Origin: a virus
Taxonomy: Duplodnaviria; Caudoviricetes
DNA length: 35,931 bases
Reading direction: 5' to 3' (one strand)
Virus record (IMG/VR): IMGVR_UViG_3300017754_002644
Location: 1-35,931 of that record
In this document: in pieces, positions 18,603 to 25,863 of the stretch
Layout of the letters: each line of letters begins with the position of its first letter
How positions within the stretch are numbered: the first letter of the stretch is position 1
Program-made: the position numbers and the translations under genes
The notes under the pieces: model-generated
Database searches by the model: none
What the model was told of the DNA's origin: nothing
What the model saw: the letters and a program-made list of their open reading frames with translations, nothing else

Positions 18603-18988
18603 GGCAGGATTCCTTTCGTTTTGAGGTAGGCGAGGCAGCGTTGGCGGGCGGTGGCGGTGACGAGTTTAAAGACGCTCCACTCAAGCAACCACGCTGGAGA
18701 ACGTGGCGAGACTAAACCAACCTCTTCATTGAGTTGGTAGAAGTATTCTTGTTGCTCTTCATCCGTCAGCGTTGCCTCAAACTCCGCGCAGGCGTTGAGG
18801 TCTTTGGGGTAGTTAGGGACTGAGGGAGATCCCTCATAGGGCTCTGGCATTTCTGGATGATAGTAACGCCCGGCGAAGCCTCCTTGCGAACTTATCCATC
18901 CATAAAGACCTTGGATGTCCGTTGGCTCCCTGGTCCACCCTCTCGCCTCCGCCACCTTGATTCTGATTTCTTCGTCTGTGAGTGTCAT
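18599..18988 (-). CDS. Phage accessory protein (ABA-sandwich/NinX-like)
   Basis: 'TDEEI..KVAE..GW ... PNYPKDLNAC ... ATARQRCLAYL' pattern, common in phage early regions. Confidence 0.55.
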   Translation of the reverse strand: MTLTDEEIRIKVAEARGWTREPTDIQGLYGWISSQGGFAGRYYHPEMPEPYEGSPSVPNYPKDLNACAEFEATLTDEEQQEYFYQLNEEVGLVSPRSPAWLLEWSVFKLVTATARQRCLAYLKTKGILP

Positions 18989-19251
18989 GGCTTGATGAAG
19001 GGTTGGAGTTTGTCGGCAATCTCGTTGCAGAGTTTGTCGTGTGCGGAGGCATCTGGAGCGCCATCAGCGCAGCCTTCGGTGAGATAGTAGATGTCCTTGA
19101 TCGCCTCGCGCATTGCTTCCAGCTCCTCCCTCGCCTCGTCCCGCTCACGTTCGAGTTTGCGGGCGAAATTTGCATGAACTCCCGGCCCAGCGTAAGGCCA
19201 TGTTACCCATGCCGCGTTCGTCTCCGGTGTTGGTCTTTGTGTCGATTCCAT
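18985..19251 (-). CDS. Phage hypothetical coiled-coil protein
   Basis: 'TPETNAA..FARKLERERDEAR'; doubled CATCATCAC leader. Confidence 0.65.
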   Translation of the reverse strand: MESTQRPTPETNAAWVTWPYAGPGVHANFARKLERERDEAREELEAMREAIKDIYYLTEGCADGAPDASAHDKLCNEIADKLQPFIKP

Positions 19252-19318
19252 AGTGATGATGTGATGATGAAGCGGATAATCCGCCCCATAGACTCCCTGA
19301 TTTCCTAAAAAACGTCAA
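19252..19318 (-). promoter_or_regulatory. Promoter and leader of minus-strand island 1
   Basis: TTGACG-17 nt-GAGTCT, then hairpin GCGGA-TTA-TCCGC, then CATCATCACATCATCAC-T-ATG. Confidence 0.6.
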
Positions 19319-19321
19319 CGG

Positions 19322-19558
19322 CTATTTTGCAGCCGTGACCTGCTCAGGCGTTGGAGTCAGGAAAATCTTGCCGGCTTCACGGGCCAAGGCGGCATCCTCG
19401 GGTGTGATTTGCCCTTTCTTTTCAGCGTAGTTCAGGGCGATTTCACCTATCTGCGCAAGGCGTGCCTCGTCAATTTTGCCAGTCTGGCAGGACGAAAGAG
19501 CGGCAGCGGCGATGCAACCAATGAGAGTGAAGACAAGCTGGATGGTTCTGGTTTTCAT
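19322..19558 (-). CDS. Small lipoprotein (possible spanin component or exclusion factor)
   Basis: Basic N-terminus, hydrophobic core and lipobox LSS-C. Own promoter TTGACG-17-CAAACT (19595-19567) ends ~8 nt before ATG. Confidence 0.7.
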   Translation of the reverse strand: MKTRTIQLVFTLIGCIAAAALSSCQTGKIDEARLAQIGEIALNYAEKKGQITPEDAALAREAGKIFLTPTPEQVTAAK

Positions 19559-19644
19559 AGGCTGCCAGTTTGCCCTTTTCTGCGGCTGGCGTCAATCTTT
19601 TGTCTTGCGCGACTGGGGGCGGGGTGGAATCATATATCATCCCT

Positions 19645-19905
19645 ATGGCCGCTTCCCTTTTACGATCTGTCACGGCAACCACTTCCTACGTCTCGCTTGA
19701 ATCGCAGCGAGCGGAAAGGGTTTCCATTCTTAACAAGACTGGCGCAACGCTGGACATTCAGATGACCAACGATACCGGCAGCGGCAAGCTAATCTCACTT
19801 GCTGACGGCCTTTCCGTTGCAATCCAAGTCGGCGCTAATGCGAACGAAATTCAAATCAAATCAGCGTCCGGCACAAGCGGCGTTTACGTTGTCATTGATT
19901 CATGA
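19645..19905 (+). CDS. 86-aa beta-rich adaptor, copy 1 (appendage cassette 1)
   Basis: Paralog of 21726-21986 with identical length when started at ATG 19645 (MAASLLRSVTAT). Confidence 0.8.
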   Translation: MAASLLRSVTATTSYVSLESQRAERVSILNKTGATLDIQMTNDTGSGKLISLADGLSVAIQVGANANEIQIKSASGTSGVYVVIDS

Positions 19906-20525
19906 GCCTTATTCGCAATGCTCTATCTAATGCATTTGTAGGCACTGGCATTGAGGGACCACAAGGGCCACCTGGTCCTGAAGGGCCAGCCGGGCCCGCT
20001 GGAGAGCCTGGATTTGGTGGCGGTGGTGGCGCATCAAATATCTGGATTCCTGCTGCTCAGTGGATACCCAAAACCACGCTTGGATGTGGCGTCGATTCCG
20101 TTGAAACGACCACCAACGATCAGAACTTCGACCAGCTTTTATTTGATGCAGGAGCAGATGAGTTTGCGGATGCGATCGTCATCGTGCCGAACAACTGGGA
20201 CAACGGCACCATCACAGCTCGTTTTTACTGGACGGCATCAACCAGTAGCGGCGATGTCGTGTGGGGCATTCAAGCTCGCGCCTTCGCAAACGATGATGCT
20301 TTGGACACAGCGGTAGGAACCGCGCAGACCGTGACTGACACACTGACAGCGACGAACGACATGTGCGTCACCTCTGCAACGTCTGCGGTGACCATCGGCG
20401 GAACGCCAGCGGCAAACACGCCCGTGCAGTTCACCGTCTATCGAGACGCCAACGCTGGCGGTGACACGCTCGCTGCCGATGCGCGGCTGCTCGGCGTCGA
20501 AATCATCTACACCCTCGCAAGCTGA
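19902..20525 (+). CDS. Collagen-repeat fibre protein with C-terminal beta domain
   Basis: (Gly-X-Y)7 'GIEGPQGPPGPEGPAGPAGEP', poly-Gly hinge, T/A/D-rich beta domain. Confidence 0.7.
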   Translation: MSLIRNALSNAFVGTGIEGPQGPPGPEGPAGPAGEPGFGGGGGASNIWIPAAQWIPKTTLGCGVDSVETTTNDQNFDQLLFDAGADEFADAIVIVPNNWDNGTITARFYWTASTSSGDVVWGIQARAFANDDALDTAVGTAQTVTDTLTATNDMCVTSATSAVTIGGTPAANTPVQFTVYRDANAGGDTLAADARLLGVEIIYTLAS

Positions 20526-21247
20526 TGCACCGCCGCGCACGACATTTTAACCCCGGCAGTGCTGGAGCTGTTATAGCGGTCGATAGCAGGTTTATTAGCG
20601 GGCTAAGCAACAACGATGAGGTAACAACTTGGCGAAATATCGCTCAAGCCAATGACGCCACATCAATATCAGGACTCGGCACGCCGAACTACATCACTAA
20701 TCAATTGGCGGGACAGCCTGCTGTGCGTTTTGAAAACAATAACGCTTTGAGGTTTTCAACAATTACCTCTTTTACGGCTTCAACAATTATATGCGCTGCT
20801 AAGCCTATATCCTTACTGACCGGAGACAACAATATCATTTACTACGGAAACGATTCATCTTTTAGCACCAATTTTAATTGGGTAGGCGTTGGTAAAAACT
20901 TTGCATCTAATTTTTGGGTTACAGGCAATTTCAATAATCCGACCGAAAGATCTGTGGTGTCCACAACTGCCTACGATACTAATGAGCAAATTGCATCTGG
21001 GTTAACAAATGACTCTGGTGTAAATCGTATTTTTACTAAAGGAGTTCAAACCGGAACGGCTACATCGACCGCTATCAATGTGAGCGCATCCGCAAGGCCC
21101 ACCTTAGGCCGTCGAGGCAACCAAACGGTAGGGTATATCAATGCGGATGTTTACGCTGTATCGTTGATACCTTCCGCCGTTTCCGCATCCCTTCGCCGCC
21201 GACTTGAACACGCCGTCGCCTTCAGCTTCAAAATCCCATGCAGCTAA
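20525..21247 (+). CDS. Putative receptor-binding protein, ConA/LamG-like beta-sandwich
   Basis: 'VTTWRN..NDAT..PNY..QLAGQPAVRF' and 'RRRLE' C-terminal pattern; N/S/T-rich with an AT-rich core. Confidence 0.55.
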   Translation: MHRRARHFNPGSAGAVIAVDSRFISGLSNNDEVTTWRNIAQANDATSISGLGTPNYITNQLAGQPAVRFENNNALRFSTITSFTASTIICAAKPISLLTGDNNIIYYGNDSSFSTNFNWVGVGKNFASNFWVTGNFNNPTERSVVSTTAYDTNEQIASGLTNDSGVNRIFTKGVQTGTATSTAINVSASARPTLGRRGNQTVGYINADVYAVSLIPSAVSASLRRRLEHAVAFSFKIPCS

Positions 21248-21657
21248 CTTATCAACAGCAACTCCGCAGCGAGTCAGACGCCGCTGTCATCGCTAACCTT
21301 CAGCGCAAGGGATGGGTCGAAACCGTGCCGCCGAGCTACGACGCCACCACCCAGCACGCGCCCGAGTGGATCAACGGCACATGGGTCGTTCGTGATAAAA
21401 CCGCCGAAGAGATCGCCGCCGACTCCGCGAAAACATGGCCGACCAAAACCGAGTTTTGGGCCGAGTTCACCGATGCGGAAAAGCTCTCTATTCTCGATTC
21501 CACGATCCCGCAAATCCGACTCTTGGACAAAGAACTGACCATGTGGAGCGGCAGCATTGTCAGCACAGATTCGCGCATCATCGCAGGCATGGCAGCACTG
21601 GTGACGGCGGGCATCCTTACCGAGGCACGCAGCACGGCAATTCTTTCCAATGGTTAA
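21238..21657 (+). CDS. Putative fibre-associated/assembly chaperone
   Basis: 'PPSYDATTQH..WVVRDKTAEEIA' and 'EFWAEFTDAE..GILTEAR' patterns seen in proteins downstream of fibres. Confidence 0.5.
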   Translation: MQLTYQQQLRSESDAAVIANLQRKGWVETVPPSYDATTQHAPEWINGTWVVRDKTAEEIAADSAKTWPTKTEFWAEFTDAEKLSILDSTIPQIRLLDKELTMWSGSIVSTDSRIIAGMAALVTAGILTEARSTAILSNG

Positions 21658-21672
21658 CCCAATGTTTAAATT

Positions 21673-21720
21673 TTGCCCTATTTATTTTATAGACATTTTT
21701 TAGGGCAAGTTATATATAAC
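21673..21720 (+). promoter_or_regulatory. AT-rich promoter/operator region of cassette 2
   Basis: Inverted repeat TTGCCCTA(21673)..TAGGGCAA(21701); TAGACA-17-TATATA; palindrome GTTATATATAAC (21709-21720). Confidence 0.5.
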
Positions 21721-21725
21721 CCATC

Positions 21726-21986
21726 ATGGCCGCTTCATTACTTCGATCAGTCACAGCAACCGCTAGCTACGTCGCGTTAGAGGATATTCAATGCAGCGCA
21801 GTGACTATCCTCAACAAAACCGGCGCGACTCTTTCTGTGGAGATGGCGTCCGACTCTGGTAGCGGCAAAGAAATCGTCCTAGCAGATGGCCTTTCAGTGG
21901 TCATTCAAGTTGTCGGCAACGCAAAAGAAATCCGTATTAAATCCGCGTCGGGAACCACTGGCGTTTACGTTGTCATTGATTCATGA
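21726..21986 (+). CDS. 86-aa beta-rich adaptor, copy 2 (appendage cassette 2)
   Basis: Paralog of 19645-19905; last 27 nt identical. Confidence 0.8.
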   Translation: MAASLLRSVTATASYVALEDIQCSAVTILNKTGATLSVEMASDSGSGKEIVLADGLSVVIQVVGNAKEIRIKSASGTTGVYVVIDS

Positions 21987-22417
21987 ACACTTCATTTTCA
22001 AACGCTTTTGGTGGCCCATCTGGAGGCGCTCCCACCTCGACAGCGCCGTTCATACTCGCCTTCAAAAACATCACCGTTCTGACGACGGGGGCTCCAGCGG
22101 ATATTGCTTCGGTCACGCTGCCGAGTTGGTGCACGCGCTATACGGTCGTGATTTCTGGCTCACGCATGTTGGCTGAGTCCCTATCAGGCTCGTTGAACGT
22201 TTCAGCTTACATAGTTAGAGATGCGGCTTCTGGCAGTGGAAACGCCTTAACTACTTCAGCGGCTGGGCCGGGCAGCACAGCAGTGACTGTATCTATTACG
22301 GGTGCACCTACGGCTATACCTCCTGCTACCTCTAACACCCTTTACCTCCATCAAACCGCCAACTCTGGAAATGCGGGAGTGATCTCAGTTTATCTGATGA
22401 TCATTCCCTTTCTTTGA
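21983..22417 (+). CDS. Beta-rich structural/appendage protein
   Basis: 144 aa, S/T/G/A-rich; N-terminal 'SNAFGG' resembles 'SNAFVG' of the 19902 protein. Confidence 0.6.
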   Translation: MNTSFSNAFGGPSGGAPTSTAPFILAFKNITVLTTGAPADIASVTLPSWCTRYTVVISGSRMLAESLSGSLNVSAYIVRDAASGSGNALTTSAAGPGSTAVTVSITGAPTAIPPATSNTLYLHQTANSGNAGVISVYLMIIPFL

Positions 22418-22427
22418 CTACGCTAGT

Positions 22428-23267
22428 ATGCCTTTACCTGTGCATCCATCTGAAGACGAAGGCACCCTGAAGCACGAGCTGATTACCGGCTTGGATGCGC
22501 TGCTGGCGGATAGCCTGCCCTCAGCAGAGATGCCGATCTATTCGGCACAGGATCACACGGGCGGAGTTTACACGCGCAACACGAGCAACTGGGCATATTC
22601 CAAGGTTCAGGCCATGACGGCGATCAGTCCGTGGAACTCAGATTCTGTTTTCCAAAAGGCAGGTATTCTGGTGTCTCCACGGCATGTGCTCTTTGCCACC
22701 CATTACCGGCCTGCGGATGGCTCAACCATCCGCTTTGTGCAGGCGGATAACACGGTGGTCACGCGCACCCTTTCCGGTGTGATTGAGCTGCCGACGACGG
22801 GCGCGTATTACCCAGACATCACCATCGCCAAACTGGACAGTGATGTGCCTGCGGGCATCAGCTTTGCCAAGGTGCTGCCGTCTGGCTTCCAAACCAAATT
22901 GCCTGCCAGCCTCCAGCCTGAGCGCATTCCCTGCGCGGCTACGGACCAGGAGGAAAAGTTGCTTGTGGTGGATGTGGCTTACATCCCGCATGAAAACGTC
23001 ATCACGGAGTATTGCGCCATGCAGTTCCCCACCAGTGCCATCCGCCAGGGCTTCAATGAAGGCCTTGTTGGTGGAGACTCGGGCAATCCCGCATTCTGGT
23101 TCATCGGCTCTGATCTGGTGCTGCTGACGATGTGGACCGGCGCTCAAAACGGCGGCTATGGCACCAGCGTGGCGGCTTTCCGTAGCGCGATCAATGACGC
23201 GATGGCCACCCTGGGCGGCGGCTACCAGTTAACTACCATTGACCTCTCAACATTCCCTGACGTATGA
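22428..23267 (+). CDS. Trypsin/chymotrypsin-fold (clan PA) serine protease
   Basis: 'GILVSPRHVLFATH' (His, 22701), 'PDITIAKL' (Asp, 22815) and 'GGDSGNP' (Ser, 23079), in canonical order. Confidence 0.85.
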   Translation: MPLPVHPSEDEGTLKHELITGLDALLADSLPSAEMPIYSAQDHTGGVYTRNTSNWAYSKVQAMTAISPWNSDSVFQKAGILVSPRHVLFATHYRPADGSTIRFVQADNTVVTRTLSGVIELPTTGAYYPDITIAKLDSDVPAGISFAKVLPSGFQTKLPASLQPERIPCAATDQEEKLLVVDVAYIPHENVITEYCAMQFPTSAIRQGFNEGLVGGDSGNPAFWFIGSDLVLLTMWTGAQNGGYGTSVAAFRSAINDAMATLGGGYQLTTIDLSTFPDV

Positions 23268-23548
23268 CACTCGAGCAAACCCTTCTAGCCGGACTCTCCG
23301 CAGTCTCAACATTCCTCGGCTACGTTCTAAAGCTCCTATGGGCGAGGTCTGAAGCCTGCGAAAGATGGCGCTCTGAGATGGAGCCAAAAATTATTGAGAT
23401 GTCGCGGCAGCTAGGGCTAGCAGAGGCAACCACAACGATCATTAATGCGTGCAACGTTAAGGGCTGCCCGCATGCCGGGAAGCTAGATCCAAGTTACTCA
23501 CTTCACCCAAACGAGGAGGGCGAAAATGGCACTCGCTCTAGGCCTTAG
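23264..23548 (+). CDS. Putative holin-like single-TM membrane protein
   Basis: N-terminal TM 'LLAGLSAVSTFLGYVLKLLW' followed by a coiled coil; lies at the end of the late genes. Confidence 0.5.
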   Translation: MTLEQTLLAGLSAVSTFLGYVLKLLWARSEACERWRSEMEPKIIEMSRQLGLAEATTTIINACNVKGCPHAGKLDPSYSLHPNEEGENGTRSRP

Positions 23549-23621
23549 CTTCACGGCGCTGGCGTTGCTAATCTTCGCGCTTATTGCGCTGTTCCCGGCT
23601 TGCCAGTGGTGGCGGAAGTAG
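23526..23621 (+). CDS. 31-aa transmembrane peptide (MALALGLSFTALALLIFALIALFPACQWWRK)
   Basis: Strong SD GAGGAGG upstream; 23-residue hydrophobic run with a basic C-terminus. Confidence 0.5.
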   Translation: MALALGLSFTALALLIFALIALFPACQWWRK

Positions 23622-24555
23622 CTGCATCGTGGGTAGGTTGAAGGGTTTCCGGCGTGTAGGTGCGAGCTTGCGGAACTCCGTTGGAGTCGTGCCACTCGCA
23701 GGCGACACCGTCAGAGTCGGCTTGCTCGACGGTCATGGTGAATGAGCCGCCTTTGAGTTGCACTTTGTCACCAACAGCCCAAAGCTGGGTTGGCTCTGGC
23801 CCGGGCTCGGGCTTGATGCGGTAACGATTAGGCGGAGTATTCCAAAGCGGCTCAACTGGAAAGCTCCAGTCGCTCCATTTGGAGCCGTCCCTTGATCGTA
23901 TTTGAATCCTTTTGCCTTCCGCATATGCCGCCTTCAGCTCGGCGTATGGATCTGGCCTTCCTGCTTGCTCGACCTCCACAGCGTGCTGGCTGGCCTCGCC
24001 TCGGGCTGCTTCGATAAGAAGTTCACGAATATTTTTCATCCAAGATCCAGGCTCCCAATAAGCCTTCTGAATAGCTCCGTCCGTTACCGCCTCCATCCTG
24101 GCAATCGCTGCCTCTAGGCTGGACTCTTGCGCATCTTCCAATTGCCTTTCTAATTTGCGGATGGCCCGGCGGGCGTCTTCTAAGCCCTGTTGAGCGCCCA
24201 TTAGTGCGAATTTCAGTCTTTCGGCCTCTAGGCTAGCCTGGGCGCCAAACGCGGCGAGCACGGCGGAGGCTGTCTTTTCCCAGCACTCCTTGGTGGTTGA
24301 TCCGTCTCGCGTTGACACTTGAAACGTGTGCGCGCAAAACTCCCCCGGCGTCTTGCCGTCCACGACTGGCGGCGTGGGCTCTGGCAGGCGGTCGAGAGCG
24401 GACTTGAGGAGGTGAAGGCGGGCAGGTGTTTCTCCCTTCCAGCCTGCGTATGTCGGTCTGAGGTCTAGTGACTGATAGCCGTTTGGAACGGTTGTTTCTT
24501 CACAAGCCGCGTCAATGGCGGCTTGAAGGGTGGCGTCGTCGATGTTTGTTTTCAT
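23581..24555 (-). CDS. Mosaic accessory protein with C-terminal YodC/DUF2158-like domain
   Basis: 'WAVGDKVQLKGG..MTV..VACEW..YTPETL' (YodC-like); internal 'AYAEGKRIQ..W..YRIKPEP' phage motif; ATCATCAC leader. Confidence 0.65.
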   Translation of the reverse strand: MKTNIDDATLQAAIDAACEETTVPNGYQSLDLRPTYAGWKGETPARLHLLKSALDRLPEPTPPVVDGKTPGEFCAHTFQVSTRDGSTTKECWEKTASAVLAAFGAQASLEAERLKFALMGAQQGLEDARRAIRKLERQLEDAQESSLEAAIARMEAVTDGAIQKAYWEPGSWMKNIRELLIEAARGEASQHAVEVEQAGRPDPYAELKAAYAEGKRIQIRSRDGSKWSDWSFPVEPLWNTPPNRYRIKPEPGPEPTQLWAVGDKVQLKGGSFTMTVEQADSDGVACEWHDSNGVPQARTYTPETLQPTHDAATSATTGKPGTAQ

Positions 24556-24563
24556 GGTGATGA

Positions 24564-24758
24564 TTATTGATTGTTGGCTTTAAACTCTTGCAGCCTTGCG
24601 ATTGCCGCGTCCTCAAATGTGAAGTCTGCATTTTCACAGCAGAACTCAATAATGCAGTCGATTAGTCCGTCCGTCCCGTGCTGGCGCTGAGTTTCGCGCA
24701 TGATCTCCACAAAGTCGATATTGGCGCTGACGTCGTAGCTTATAAGATGTTTTGGCAT
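24564..24758 (-). CDS. Hypothetical protein (64 aa)
   Basis: Doubled CATCAC/ATCATCAC leader; co-oriented with the 23581-24555 gene. Confidence 0.6.
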   Translation of the reverse strand: MPKHLISYDVSANIDFVEIMRETQRQHGTDGLIDCIIEFCCENADFTFEDAAIARLQEFKANNQ

Positions 24759-24822
24759 AATGTGATGATGTGATGAGGGATAATTCCCGTGTCATTTTCT
24801 ACCGCGTCGCAAATTGCGCAAG
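24759..24822 (-). promoter_or_regulatory. Promoter and leader of minus-strand island 2
   Basis: TTGCGC-16 nt-GAAAAT, then hairpin GGGA-ATTA-TCCC, then TCATCACATCATCAC-ATT-ATG. Confidence 0.5.
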
Positions 24823-24861
24823 TAAAAGTTGCGTCATTCGTTAGCGTGCATTCATTGCGGC

Positions 24862-25395
24862 ATGATTATCATCCTCGACCCCGGCCACGGAATGAGCAAT
24901 CGCCGCGCTGGCCGCTATGATCCTGGCGCGGTCAACGGCTCGCATGAGGAGGCGGCTATTGCTATGCAATGGGCGAACGAGCTTCGCGCTATTTTGCAAT
25001 CTGCGGGGCATAGGGTAGTCCGCACGCGAGTCGATGAAAAGGATGCTGCGCCAGTCTCCCAACGGGCGGGGGTGGCGCTAGACTATCGCGGAGACATTAT
25101 GCTGTCCATTCACTGCAACGCAGCTAACGGCAGGGCGTCTGGCTCTGAGTGCATCCACCGTGGCAATCCCGTCAAAGCGGCGGCATTGTCTAAAGCGTGC
25201 TCTGCCGCTCTCGGCATTAAAGATCGTGGCGCTAAGGTGGAATCTGACAGCCAGCACGGGCGCTTGGCAGTTATGGCGTTTCAACCGTGTTTCCTGCTCG
25301 AAATCGGCTTCATCGACAACGCTACAGACTTGGCCGCGATGATTGATCCCGTGAAGCGCAAGGCCGCGTGTGAAGCGATTGCTAAATTGCTATGA
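24862..25395 (+). CDS. Endolysin, N-acetylmuramoyl-L-alanine amidase (Amidase_3)
   Basis: 'IILDPGHG', conserved Glu, 'LSIHCNA' and 'LLEIGFIDN' zinc/catalytic motifs; start at ATG 24862. Confidence 0.92.
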   Translation: MIIILDPGHGMSNRRAGRYDPGAVNGSHEEAAIAMQWANELRAILQSAGHRVVRTRVDEKDAAPVSQRAGVALDYRGDIMLSIHCNAANGRASGSECIHRGNPVKAAALSKACSAALGIKDRGAKVESDSQHGRLAVMAFQPCFLLEIGFIDNATDLAAMIDPVKRKAACEAIAKLL

Positions 25396-25601
25396 CCTCT
25401 TGGGAATCCATCATCACCAGCTTCAACGCCAACGCGAAATGCAGACGGCGCAAGGACGCCAAACCACAAGCTAGCTATGAGCCTGGATGCCTCTCGATAG
25501 GTTGCGAACATCCATTGTGCGCGTGCCGGACAAACTTCCACGGAGACGAAAAACCGACGCTTACGGAAGTGCTTAAGATGTGGGAAGATTGGCACGGGTG
25601 A
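25392..25601 (+). CDS. Small Cys-rich hypothetical protein
   Basis: ATGA overlap with the amidase; several Cys. Confidence 0.5.
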   Translation: MTSWESIITSFNANAKCRRRKDAKPQASYEPGCLSIGCEHPLCACRTNFHGDEKPTLTEVLKMWEDWHG

Positions 25602-25649
25602 AAATATTTTCACTTTCCACTTGTGTAAGTTTCTCCCGCGTGTTTATGT
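25598..25649 (+). promoter_or_regulatory. Early-operon promoter with upstream perfect 16-bp palindrome (candidate operator)
   Basis: GTGAAAATATTTTCAC (25598-25613); TTGTGT-17 nt-TTATGT. Confidence 0.55.
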
Positions 25650-25674
25650 GCTGGGCCATCACGACATCATCACA

Positions 25675-25863
25675 ATGGAAACCAAAACCTTAAAAATCAG
25701 CGAGCCCATTCACTCGCGGCTTCGCGTTAGCGCAGCACAACAAAAGCAGTCGATTCAGTCACTTGCTGAATCGTTCATCACCACCGGCCTCGCCTCGCTT
25801 CTCAAGCGCAAGCAGTCCGCAACTGGCAATCCTCTGCGCATTCGGAAGGGGGAGAGGGTATGA
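25675..25863 (+). CDS. Ribbon-helix-helix (Arc/CopG-like) regulator
   Basis: 'TKTLKISEPIHSRLRVSAAQQKQSIQSLAE' strand-helix-helix pattern; start after CATCATCAC. Confidence 0.7.
   Translation: METKTLKISEPIHSRLRVSAAQQKQSIQSLAESFITTGLASLLKRKQSATGNPLRIRKGERV

Noticed and set aside
18071-18715. Plus-strand ORFs 18071-18343, 18259-18582 and 18521-18715
   Set aside because: Mostly non-ATG starts, no leader motif and atypical composition; they overlap the RNA structure or better minus-strand genes.
19645-23267. Diversity-generating retroelement or invertase shufflon acting on the fibre genes
   Set aside because: No reverse transcriptase, no TR/VR pair differing at adenines and no invertase in the window; the shared 27-mers are direct, not inverted.
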